64,000 bases of DNA, from the NCBI GenBank assembly GCA_963838085.1, contig CAWIPL010000015.1:176417-240416 (forward strand). Direction: 5' to 3'. The notes beneath the pieces are model-generated. The model was not told the origin of the DNA, did not search any database, and saw nothing but the letters and a program-made list of their open reading frames with translations. Within the stretch, counting starts at the first letter, position 1, and the number at the start of each line of letters is the position of its first letter. Source of the DNA: an uncultured Chloroflexia bacterium. GTDB taxonomy: Bacteria; Chloroflexota; Chloroflexia; Chloroflexales; Roseiflexaceae. A program made the position numbers and the translations under genes. Of the stretch, positions 18,394 through 27,028 are shown in pieces.

Positions 18394-21300
18394 ATGAACG
18401 ACTTTGTCCACCTCCATGTCCATTCTGAATACAGCCTGCTCGACGGCTATGCGACGACCAAGGGCATCGCCCAGCGTGCCGCCGATCTTGGCATGGACAG
18501 CATCGCGCTGACCGACCATGGTGTCATGTACGGCGCGATGGAGTTTTACGACGCCGCGAAAAAGGCGGGCATCAAGCCAATCATCGGCATGGAAGCCTAT
18601 ATGGCGCCCAACTCCATGAAGGATCCTATGGTCAAGGGCGGCAAGAATTATTATCACTTGCTGCTGCTGGCCAAGAACGAAGTTGGCTATCGCAATCTCG
18701 TCAAGCTGACGACCCGCGCGCACCTCGATGGTCTGGCCAACCGGGGCGTGTTTGCGCGCCCGCGCATCGACCGCGCGCTGCTGGAGCAGTACCATGAGGG
18801 CATCGTAGTCACTTCGACCTGCATCGCCGGTGAAGTTATTCAGAACATTACGCAGAAGCAAAAGGACAAAGCGCGCGAGGCGGCAGCCTGGCACCGCGAT
18901 TTGCTCGGTGCCGACAATTACTTTCTTGAGTTGCAACTGCACGACAACACGCCTGAACTGGAAGAAATCAACGACGAACTGGTAAAGATTGGTAGCGAAC
19001 TTGGCATCCCCATGGTCGTCACCAACGACACCCACTTCGTGCGGGCCGAAGATATTGAGGCGCAGTCCATGGTCATGGCTATGGGCTTCAACCTGACCTA
19101 TCGCGAGCTGTGCAGCAAAAACTACCAGATGGACGGCACCTACCACATCGCGTCGGGCGACGATATGTGGCAGCGCTTCAAGAAGTACGGCACCGCGCCA
19201 CTGGAAAATACCCGCCGGATTGCCGACATGTGCAACCTCAAGCTCGATTTCGGGCGCGTGCAGCTGCCGGAGTTCGAGATCCCGGACGGCCATGACGCGG
19301 CTTCGTATCTGCGCTTTGTGTGCGAGGAAGGCTTGATGAAGCGTTTCGCTGGCGCGCCGACTGAAGAATACATCAAGCGGCTCGATTACGAGCTTGACGT
19401 AATCAACAAGACCGGCTTTCCCGACTACATGTTGATTGTATGGGACTACGTGAAGTATGCCCGCAGCCGTGGCATCCCATGTCTGCCGCGTGGTTCGGCG
19501 GGCGCGTCGCTGGTGCTGTACTGTTTGTTCATCACCGACGTTGATCCGGTCAAGAACAAGCTGCTGTTCGAGCGCTTTTTGTCGCCAGAGCGCCTGGAGA
19601 TGCCGGACATCGACACTGACTTCGCCGACTCGCGCCGGGGCGAGATTCTGGATTACATCGCGGGCAAGTACGGGCGTGAAAATGTCGCGCAAATCATTAC
19701 CTACGGCACGCTGGGCGCGAAGGCGGCGCTGCGCGATATGGGTCGCGTGCTCGATATTCCGCTCAGCGAGGTTGATCGTGTCGCCAAGCTCATCCCGACG
19801 CTGCCGGTCGGCACGACGATCTCCTCAGCACTGGAGCGCGTGCCGGAGCTGAAGCAGATTTACGATGGCAACGGCGAGTTGCGTAACATGATTGATTGGG
19901 CGCAAAAGGTCGAAGGGCGCATGAAGAACGTTGGCACGCATGCCTGCGGCGTAGTGGTCAGCCACAACCCGCTCGAAAACATTGTGCCGCTTCAGCATAC
20001 TACCAAAGATGAAAACGCGGTCATGGCCGCCTTCGAAGGGCCGACGCTGGCGAAGATCGGGCTGCTCAAGATGGACATCTTGGGCCTCACCAATCTTTCG
20101 ATTGTGGCCGAGGCGCTCAATTACATCGAGCAGACGACCGGCAAGCGCATCGAGCTGGCCGACATTCCGCTGGAAGATCAGGCGACGTTTGAGGCGCTCG
20201 GGCGCGGCGAAACAACCAATGTATTCCAGCTTGAGTCGGTGGGCATGACGCGCTATCTGATGCAACTCAAGCCGACCCGCGTGGATGATCTGTACGCCAT
20301 GGTCGCGCTGTACCGGCCTGGCCCGCTGGAGCAGATTCCTGTTTATATTCAGAACAAGAATAATCCCAAAGGCATCAAGTACCTGCATCCGATTCTGAAG
20401 CCGATTCTTGAAGATACCTACGGCGTGATTGTGTACCAGGAGCAGATCATGCAACTGCTCCAGACGGTCGCTGAATACACGCTCGGCCAGGCGTACATCG
20501 TCATCAAGGCGATTAGTAAGAAAAATCGCGAGTTGATGGCCGAAAATGAAGTGCGCTTCAAAGATGGCTGCCTGCGTAAAGGTATCAGCAAAGACATTGC
20601 GAACGAACTGTGGGATCTGATTTTGCCGTTCGCGGGCTATTCGTTCAATCGACCGCACGCCACGCTCTACGGTTTGCTGTCGTACCAGACGGCCTGGCTC
20701 AAGAACAATTTCTCAACCGAATACATGGCCGCCGTGCTTTCCGCCGCTTCGGGCGACATGGAGTCCGTCACCAAGAGCGTGAACGAGTGCGGTCGGCTGG
20801 GCGTGGCAGTGCTGCCGGTGGACATCAATCAAAGCAGCACCGGCTTCACGATCGAGCCGCTGCCCGACGGTCAACTGACCGACTTCGACAACCGCATGGG
20901 CATTCGCTTCGGTCTGTCGGCGATCCGTAACGTCGGCGAAGGCCCGCTGTCGGTGATTCTCAAAGAGCGTGAGGAGAACGGGCCGTTCAAGTCACTGGAA
21001 GGATTCTGCGAGCGGGTGGACCGCACGGCGTTGAACAAGCGCGTGCTTGAAAGCCTGATCAAGTGCGGTGCGATGGATTCGCTGCCTGGCACGCGGCGAC
21101 AGAAGCTGGCGATCATGGAGCAGGCGCTGTCAATGGGCATTGAGTCGCAACGCGCCCGCGAGGCCGGGCAAGTCACCATGTTCGACTTCCTGGGCGGCGA
21201 CGCAAGCACGTCTGGCTCCAGCACGCAAACCATTCCGCTGCCATCAATTCCCGAAGAGCCGCACCATTATAAAGAGCAACTTTCATGGGAAAAAGAGTTG

Positions 21301-22197
21301 CTTGGTATGTACGTGTCGGCGCACCCCATGGTCAAGGCGCTTGAAGGCGTGGACATGAGCGGCATTACCTCGCTGGGCGACATCACCGATGAAGCGGTTG
21401 GGCAGGTGCGCACGTTCGTCGGCATGATCACGGGCGTGCGACGGCTGGCGACCAAGAAGGGCGACAGCATGCTGGTCGCGACGTTCGAGGATCAGGATTT
21501 GCTCACCATTGAGCTTGTCGCCTTTCCGAAAAGTTATGAGAAGTATCGCGAATTGTTGCAGGACGATGCGCTGCTCCGAATTACCGCCAAGGTTGACCGT
21601 GGCAAGCGCGACGACACGATCCAGTTATTGCTTGACTCAGCAGAGCCGCTTGAGGCTGCCAAACAAGCCTCACCCAACCAGGAAGCCCCACTTGCTATGG
21701 ATTTTGACCAGCTTACAGACGCGCCCAATGACGCGCCACCGATTGATATACCAACTGCGCATGTGAGCCAGCCTCTCGCTGCAATGGAATCAGCGCCGCA
21801 TGCCGAGGTGAGTGCGCCGGAGCCTGCGGCACCAGCGCCTGCCGCGCCATCAAACGGCCAGCCGCTCAGCGCCATCCGCGCGCGCACCAAGGTCGGCGCG
21901 AACGGCAATGATCATAGCAACGGCCACAGCAATGGCAACGGTGGTGGCTACGAGCCGCTGCACCATACGCTGCGGCTGTTCCTGGCACGCACCGAAGACT
22001 ACGACGCCGATGTGCGGCTGATGCAGCATGTCCATGATGTGCTGTGCCAGAGCGAAGGCGACGACTCGGTGCTGATCCACATTCCGAACGGCAGCACTAC
22101 CGTGGTATTACAGCATGGGCAGGCGGTGCGCTGTGACGACGGGCTGCTCCATGCGCTACGCGATGTACTCGGCACGGAGTGCGTGGTAGTGGAGTGA
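18394..22197 (+). CDS. dnaE: DNA polymerase III subunit alpha
   Basis: Derived from ORF 18325..22197, with the ATG taken at 18394 (MNDFVHLHVHSEYSLLDG, PHP domain). The polymerase core contains …PDIDTDF… and is followed by an OB fold. There is a C-terminal extension of about 200 aa. Confidence 0.95.
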   Translation: MNDFVHLHVHSEYSLLDGYATTKGIAQRAADLGMDSIALTDHGVMYGAMEFYDAAKKAGIKPIIGMEAYMAPNSMKDPMVKGGKNYYHLLLLAKNEVGYRNLVKLTTRAHLDGLANRGVFARPRIDRALLEQYHEGIVVTSTCIAGEVIQNITQKQKDKAREAAAWHRDLLGADNYFLELQLHDNTPELEEINDELVKIGSELGIPMVVTNDTHFVRAEDIEAQSMVMAMGFNLTYRELCSKNYQMDGTYHIASGDDMWQRFKKYGTAPLENTRRIADMCNLKLDFGRVQLPEFEIPDGHDAASYLRFVCEEGLMKRFAGAPTEEYIKRLDYELDVINKTGFPDYMLIVWDYVKYARSRGIPCLPRGSAGASLVLYCLFITDVDPVKNKLLFERFLSPERLEMPDIDTDFADSRRGEILDYIAGKYGRENVAQIITYGTLGAKAALRDMGRVLDIPLSEVDRVAKLIPTLPVGTTISSALERVPELKQIYDGNGELRNMIDWAQKVEGRMKNVGTHACGVVVSHNPLENIVPLQHTTKDENAVMAAFEGPTLAKIGLLKMDILGLTNLSIVAEALNYIEQTTGKRIELADIPLEDQATFEALGRGETTNVFQLESVGMTRYLMQLKPTRVDDLYAMVALYRPGPLEQIPVYIQNKNNPKGIKYLHPILKPILEDTYGVIVYQEQIMQLLQTVAEYTLGQAYIVIKAISKKNRELMAENEVRFKDGCLRKGISKDIANELWDLILPFAGYSFNRPHATLYGLLSYQTAWLKNNFSTEYMAAVLSAASGDMESVTKSVNECGRLGVAVLPVDINQSSTGFTIEPLPDGQLTDFDNRMGIRFGLSAIRNVGEGPLSVILKEREENGPFKSLEGFCERVDRTALNKRVLESLIKCGAMDSLPGTRRQKLAIMEQALSMGIESQRAREAGQVTMFDFLGGDASTSGSSTQTIPLPSIPEEPHHYKEQLSWEKELLGMYVSAHPMVKALEGVDMSGITSLGDITDEAVGQVRTFVGMITGVRRLATKKGDSMLVATFEDQDLLTIELVAFPKSYEKYRELLQDDALLRITAKVDRGKRDDTIQLLLDSAEPLEAAKQASPNQEAPLAMDFDQLTDAPNDAPPIDIPTAHVSQPLAAMESAPHAEVSAPEPAAPAPAAPSNGQPLSAIRARTKVGANGNDHSNGHSNGNGGGYEPLHHTLRLFLARTEDYDADVRLMQHVHDVLCQSEGDDSVLIHIPNGSTTVVLQHGQAVRCDDGLLHALRDVLGTECVVVE

Positions 22198-22219
22198 TGC
22201 TAGATAAGATAAACAAAAA

Positions 22220-23359
22220 ATGCCAGACGATAGTGATCTTGATGGGATTAACTCAGAGGCCTTTAGTGCCCAAAATAATGATATGCCTGAACAACTTCCA
22301 TCTGTTAGGCTAGACAAGATACAATTACTTGAAGCGATGCGCTATTTGCGTGAGTTTAAGAAACTCGAAAGTATGCGTGAGTATCTTGGCTTGCTAAAAA
22401 AAAGGATCGACGACTCTGGTAGTCAGTTGCATGCGCATGACGATGTCGACGCAGTAAATTTCCCTTACAGGTTGCTTCTACAGGATCTAAATCAAATAGC
22501 TGCGTCACAGACGCTTGAGCGTGCTCATTACTACGTTGATCGCTTTGTTAAGGCCATAACTGAGGAGCGTGTAAGTCCAATTAACGATATTAAGCTTAAT
22601 CGTTGGAAAGAATACAACGATATTTATACTGATAGCTTTTGGCATATCAAGCGGCGTGATAGCTCCGGTGCGCACACGGCAGACTACTGGGGCAACTTCA
22701 TTCCGCAGATACCGTATCAGATGATGCAGCGTTACACCAAGCGCGGCGAATGGGTGCTGGACGTGTTCGCTGGCTCCGGCACCACGTTGATTGAGGCGCA
22801 GCGGCGTGGACGTAATTGCCTTGGCATTGAGCTTCAGCCGAATGTTGCTGATCGCGCTCAGAGATTGATAGATGCCGAGCCAAATCAGTATGGAGTCACC
22901 TGCAAGATCATTACTGATGATAGCACATCAGCCGATTACAAGGAGTTGCTCCAAAAGAATGGCGCAGAGTCGGTGCAGCTCGTGATAATGCATCCACCCT
23001 ACTTCGATATTATTAAATTCAGTAACGATGCGCGCGACTTGTCGAACGCTGGGTCAGTTGAATCCTTCATAGAGCGCATGGGACAGGTGGTCGAGCGCGC
23101 CGCCGCCGTGCTCGACCGCGGGCGCTACCTGGTGCTGGTGATTGGCGATAAATATGTCAAAGGTGAATGGATACCACTCGGATTTCAGACCATGAGCGAA
23201 ATACAGCAGCGTGGTTTCCTATTGAAAAGTATCGTCGTCAAGAACTTTGAGGAGACAGCTGGTAAACGTTCACAAAAGGAGTTGTGGAAATATCGTGCAT
23301 TAGTTGGTGGGTTCTACGTTTTCAAGCACGAATATATTTTTATTTTTAAGAAACTATAG
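22220..23359 (+). CDS. DNA methyltransferase (N6-A/N4-C type) with permuted motif order and unusual HPPY motif IV
   Basis: Motif I region (YWGNFIPQIPYQMMQRYTKRGEWVLDVFAGSGTTLIEAQRRGRNCLGIELQ) precedes motif IV (VQLVIMHPPYFD…RVL-like DRGRYLVLVIGD…IVVKNF). A unique N-terminal domain of about 150 aa is present. The region is AT-richer than its flanks. Confidence 0.8.
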   Translation: MPDDSDLDGINSEAFSAQNNDMPEQLPSVRLDKIQLLEAMRYLREFKKLESMREYLGLLKKRIDDSGSQLHAHDDVDAVNFPYRLLLQDLNQIAASQTLERAHYYVDRFVKAITEERVSPINDIKLNRWKEYNDIYTDSFWHIKRRDSSGAHTADYWGNFIPQIPYQMMQRYTKRGEWVLDVFAGSGTTLIEAQRRGRNCLGIELQPNVADRAQRLIDAEPNQYGVTCKIITDDSTSADYKELLQKNGAESVQLVIMHPPYFDIIKFSNDARDLSNAGSVESFIERMGQVVERAAAVLDRGRYLVLVIGDKYVKGEWIPLGFQTMSEIQQRGFLLKSIVVKNFEETAGKRSQKELWKYRALVGGFYVFKHEYIFIFKKL

Positions 23360-23367
23360 CAATCCTA

Positions 23368-24483
23368 GAGAAGTTGTAAACTGTGCTACACTTGGCATCG
23401 AACTGATGATCAGATTTGAACCAAGGGTATGAGGAGCACAGCGATGAGCGTGGTACCGGCGGATCTGCAAGCCTTTCTGGATGAGCATCGGGACTCACGC
23501 GAGTATCGGCGGGGCGTGGCGGTCAAGCTGGCACTCCAAGGCTATCTGTACGCAACGATCTGCGCGATGTTGGATGTAAGTCCAGGGTTCATTAGCCAGG
23601 CGAAAATAGCCTATGAGACCGCTGGCGTCGATGGGCTACGACTTAAGTATCAGGGCGGGCAACCCTTTCTGACCGATGAACAACGACAGGCGGTCATTAC
23701 CTGGCTCAAAATCCAGCAGACCTGGTCGGTTGAGCTGCTCCGCTCGCATATTGAGACCACCTATGCGGTGGTATACCAGTCCAAGCAAAGCTATTACGAA
23801 CTCTTGGCCGAAGCCGGTATCACATACAAACGCTCGCAAGCGCGCAATCCAAAGCACGATCCCGAACAAGTTGTTGCGAAAAAAAAGCCATCCGAGCGCT
23901 CGTGATGCCCCTAGCAGCACAAATTGCCGCCAAGGAGGTAGTTGTCCTGTATATCGATGAATGTCACCTCAGTGCTGGCGACGCGTGTGGATATGTTTGG
24001 GGCCCAAGCCATCAGCGCATGTCGGTTCCGATCCTCAATCAACGCGACCGCCAAACCTACTATGGTGCTATCGATGCCTATACGGGTGAGTTGATCGTCG
24101 TCCCGCTCCAAGCCGGCACTACTGAATGGACACGGATCTTTGTTGAGTATTTGCGTGAGCAATTTACAGGGAAACGGCTGATCCTCTGTTGGGATGGAGC
24201 CTCCTACCATCGTAGCACCGAGATGCGAGAGTATCTCGAAGCCGTCAATCTTGGTCATGCGCACGACGATTGGCCGATCACCTGCATCCAATTTGCGCCC
24301 TATGCGCCAGAACAGAACCCAATCGAGGACGTCTGGTTACAAGCAAAAGACTACGTTCGGAAGCGCTGGCATCGCTGTAAGGATCACTTTCAGAGCATTA
24401 CTGACCTGTTCGAAGAAGCACTTAATACAATCGTCTTTGACTTTGAGAAGCTTCGTATGTATCTGCCAGATTTACAAATCGCG
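23368..24483 (+). mobile_element. IS630-family insertion sequence (about 1.1 kb) with TA target duplication
   Basis: Imperfect terminal inverted repeats: GAGAAGTTGTAAACTGTGC on the left, and GCCAGATTTACAAATCGCG on the right (reverse complement CGCGATTTGTAAATCTGGC). Each is flanked by TA (23366-67 and 24484-85). A two-frame DDE transposase lies inside. Confidence 0.8.
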
Positions 24484-24486
24484 TAG
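23444..24486 (+). CDS. IS630 family transposase (orfA 23444-23905 plus orfB to 24486, joined by -1 slippage on A8)
   Basis: orfA has HTH and winged-helix features. orfB has DDE features (LYIDECH…CWDGASYH…APYAPEQNPIEDVW). The orfB frame is open upstream through the AAAAAAAA run at 23879-23886 (…AKKK/KAIRALVMPLAAQ…). Confidence 0.8.
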
Positions 24487-24554
24487 GACTGCTATATAAT
24501 TTATGTGTATATCGTGACATTAAATTTTGTAACTATAATATAATATAGCTCTAC

Positions 24555-24956
24555 TTAGAGTCCTATTAGCTGCTTCTCTAAGTATGCTACAAGGATTTTC
24601 AACGCGCTCTCGCCAATAGGACCGCTTATCTTATAAAGAAATTCTTTTATTTTCTGTGCTGATAATTTCCGTTCTGCTTCAGGTGCTGAACTATCTTTCA
24701 CTTGGCTTAACAGTGTTTGTAGAGTTAACGCTTCAATCTTATTGGCATAGCTATTGAATAGCTCTACTAGATGGTTATCTTCGAGTGTGAATATAATATC
24801 ACCATTTAATTCATTGGCAATAATGGATTGTACTTTTGCTTCCTGTTGGACTGAAAAATTGGAGATATTCACTGTAATCGGTGCCGAGTTATTTGCAAGC
24901 GATATTAAGTTTAATGATTGTCTGTCCTGATCTATCTCTACTATACTGTTTGGCAC
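24555..24956 (-). CDS. hypothetical protein (AT-rich island), possibly the C-terminal part of the upstream ORF
   Basis: 133-aa ORF with a GTG start sharing one base with the TAG stop of ORF 24956..25984. Its frame stays open about 75 nt further upstream without a start codon (…HENENKLLRLRQQFESELLDIVPNS…). Confidence 0.5.
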   Translation of the reverse strand: MPNSIVEIDQDRQSLNLISLANNSAPITVNISNFSVQQEAKVQSIIANELNGDIIFTLEDNHLVELFNSYANKIEALTLQTLLSQVKDSSAPEAERKLSAQKIKEFLYKISGPIGESALKILVAYLEKQLIGL

Positions 24957-25984
24957 TATATCAAGTAATTCACTTTCAAACTGCTGTCTAAGTCGTAGTA
25001 ATTTATTTTCATTTTCGTGCTTAAATCGAGTTTAATTCTTTGATACTGCTTAGTAAACCTCGATATAGTACTAATGGCATCTAATGAAGATACTCCTCGC
25101 GATAGTAAAAGTGCTTCTGCCTGAGAAGGACTGTTCTGGGATAGCTCCATAAATGATTCAAATCTTGCTATAGAATTATCTAGCTCTTCAGTATCAGTAG
25201 ATGTACTTTTATCTTTGAATATATAAATTATTCCATAATCTGTCTTTCTGCTATCAATAAAAATTGATTTTCCTTCTACATTTTGTAGATAATTCTCAAA
25301 TAGTTTTAATATACTTTCAAACTGTTCAGCTTGAAACCTTCCATTTGGAACATACAGTCGTAGAAAAATTCCTCCTTCGATTTCATCAAGAAAATCTTGT
25401 ATGCGAAGTGTAATATCTAAGTTTCTCTTATAGGGAACAATAGAAACGCCACTCTCATATATAAAACCTAGCAATCTATCCACCTTTTCAGCAGCTTTGG
25501 AAAGCTCTTCAACCTTGTTGAAAGATGCTCGGATTTCAGCATCATACGATTTAGACGGATTAATTATGTCATGAAAGTTAGACTGTTGGTACGGTGAGAT
25601 TGTCTGAACTGAAGCAAGATGTTGCTTGGCATCATTTACACGAGTATACACTCCATTCAGGTTATCCTCATAAATAAAGACTAGAGATTGAGATTGTCTA
25701 ATTTCATTTAGTAGATGAGGCCAGTATGCCTCATACTCTAGGGTAGAGGTCTTAAAAAGAGTTTCTTCAGTAAAGTTAGCGAAGAGAGCTACTAATGAGC
25801 CATTCTCACGTTGTTCTCCGATATAGTTAATAATTTTTACCCAGTTCTCTACTTTAGAAGTAACAACTCGTTTTTTATAATCGTAGTCCATTGACGTAAT
25901 CTTATCAGCTACTCCCTCTCTGATATAGCCAGATAACAATACTACGATTTTCTTCGAGATGTTTGAAGTAGATGTCTGGTGCAT
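24956..25984 (-). CDS. hypothetical protein (AT-rich island), no recognisable motif
   Basis: Derived from ORF 24956..26008. ATG at 25984 with an AGGAA 8 nt upstream. 342 aa, rich in K/N/I/E. No Walker, nuclease or HxH motifs were found by eye. Confidence 0.55.
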   Translation of the reverse strand: MHQTSTSNISKKIVVLLSGYIREGVADKITSMDYDYKKRVVTSKVENWVKIINYIGEQRENGSLVALFANFTEETLFKTSTLEYEAYWPHLLNEIRQSQSLVFIYEDNLNGVYTRVNDAKQHLASVQTISPYQQSNFHDIINPSKSYDAEIRASFNKVEELSKAAEKVDRLLGFIYESGVSIVPYKRNLDITLRIQDFLDEIEGGIFLRLYVPNGRFQAEQFESILKLFENYLQNVEGKSIFIDSRKTDYGIIYIFKDKSTSTDTEELDNSIARFESFMELSQNSPSQAEALLLSRGVSSLDAISTISRFTKQYQRIKLDLSTKMKINYYDLDSSLKVNYLI

Positions 25985-26078
25985 GCAGATGTTCCTATAT
26001 AAATACAAGACGTTAACACTGAAGACAATTATAGCATAGTTAATTCAGCTTATCTAGACCGATTTACATGTACTTTCC

Positions 26079-27011
26079 ATGAATAATCTCGCTATCCTAA
26101 GTGCTCTAATCGGTGCGCCTGTCATCGCTGCTGAACGCTGCGCCATGGGCTTCGAAAACCGCACTGATCTGGTGACGTTGGCCGACGGGCAGCAACGCAT
26201 TGTGCAGCAGATAACCAGCCGCGCGCTCGCGCCGCACAAGATTCGGCTGGCGCAGCAGCTACCGGAGCGGTTCGCCGCTGTTGGTGTGCGGCTGCCGCGT
26301 GTGCTTGTCGCCGATGCGCATGCCAATCCTCCATACGTGGTGCGCGAATACCTGCATGGCACGCCCGGCAACGTGCTGCTGGACGATGATGTGTCTGCCG
26401 TGGCGCTGGCTCGCGCCATGGGTGCGCTGCTGCCGCATTTGGCGCAGGTTGACACGGCAGGGCTTGGCCTTCATCGCGGCTGGGCCGATGGAGAGCGGCT
26501 CGCCCGTCAGTCACTTCAATATCTCAACCGCTGCCGTCCGCTGCTCGACGTTGTGACGGTGCAGGCGCTGGAGCAGACGATTGCTGCTGTTCCGTCGCAA
26601 TTCGCCGGGCGTGGCGGATGCTTTGCGCATGGCGACTTTTGTCCGGTGAATGCCCTGATTGAGACGACCGACGACCGGCGACCGACGACCGACGTAGGTC
26701 TGACAGAACATTCATTGTCTGCCATCAGCCTGCTTGACGTGGAGTTTGCTCGCGTCGCCGACCCGTTGTTCGACGCAGCATGGTGGGGCTGGGTCGTGCG
26801 CTACCATCATCCGGCACGCTGGCGGGTGGCCTGGCCAGTGCTGCTCGACGCTGCGGGCATACCTAATGATGTGGAAACTAATGTTCGTGCGCATGTGCTC
26901 CAGCAACTGCGCTGCCTGGAGGCGCTGAGCTACTACCTTGCGACGCGCGGCACAGACGGCGCGGCCATGTGGGCGCAGCGCCTGACCGCGACCGTCGGAT
27001 GGGAAGCGTAG
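26079..27011 (+). CDS. phosphotransferase (APH/choline-kinase-like) family protein
   Basis: Catalytic loop CFAHGDFCPVNALI and LLDVEFARVADPLFDAAWW (the HGD…N…D-x-E/F pattern). It contains the heptamer insert at 26663-26694. Confidence 0.75.
   Translation: MNNLAILSALIGAPVIAAERCAMGFENRTDLVTLADGQQRIVQQITSRALAPHKIRLAQQLPERFAAVGVRLPRVLVADAHANPPYVVREYLHGTPGNVLLDDDVSAVALARAMGALLPHLAQVDTAGLGLHRGWADGERLARQSLQYLNRCRPLLDVVTVQALEQTIAAVPSQFAGRGGCFAHGDFCPVNALIETTDDRRPTTDVGLTEHSLSAISLLDVEFARVADPLFDAAWWGWVVRYHHPARWRVAWPVLLDAAGIPNDVETNVRAHVLQQLRCLEALSYYLATRGTDGAAMWAQRLTATVGWEA
26663..26694. repeat. heptamer tandem array inside the phosphotransferase CDS
   Basis: GACGACC-GACGACC-GGCGACC-GACGACC-GACG. No convincing complementary arm was seen. 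Confidence 0.7.
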
Positions 27012-27028
27012 ACGCGCCTGCTTTTCGC

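Noticed and set aside
18247-19692. 481-aa minus-strand ORF antisense to dnaE (and the similar ORF 19825..20658)
   Set aside because: It lies entirely inside the strongly supported dnaE frame. Its composition is Arg/Ala/Val/Gly-rich, typical of shadow ORFs in high-GC DNA, and it has no motifs.
23400-23430. tRNA fragment suggested by GGTTCAAATC (minus strand)
   Set aside because: No T-stem pairing or acceptor stem can be drawn. The sequence lies inside the IS630 left end.
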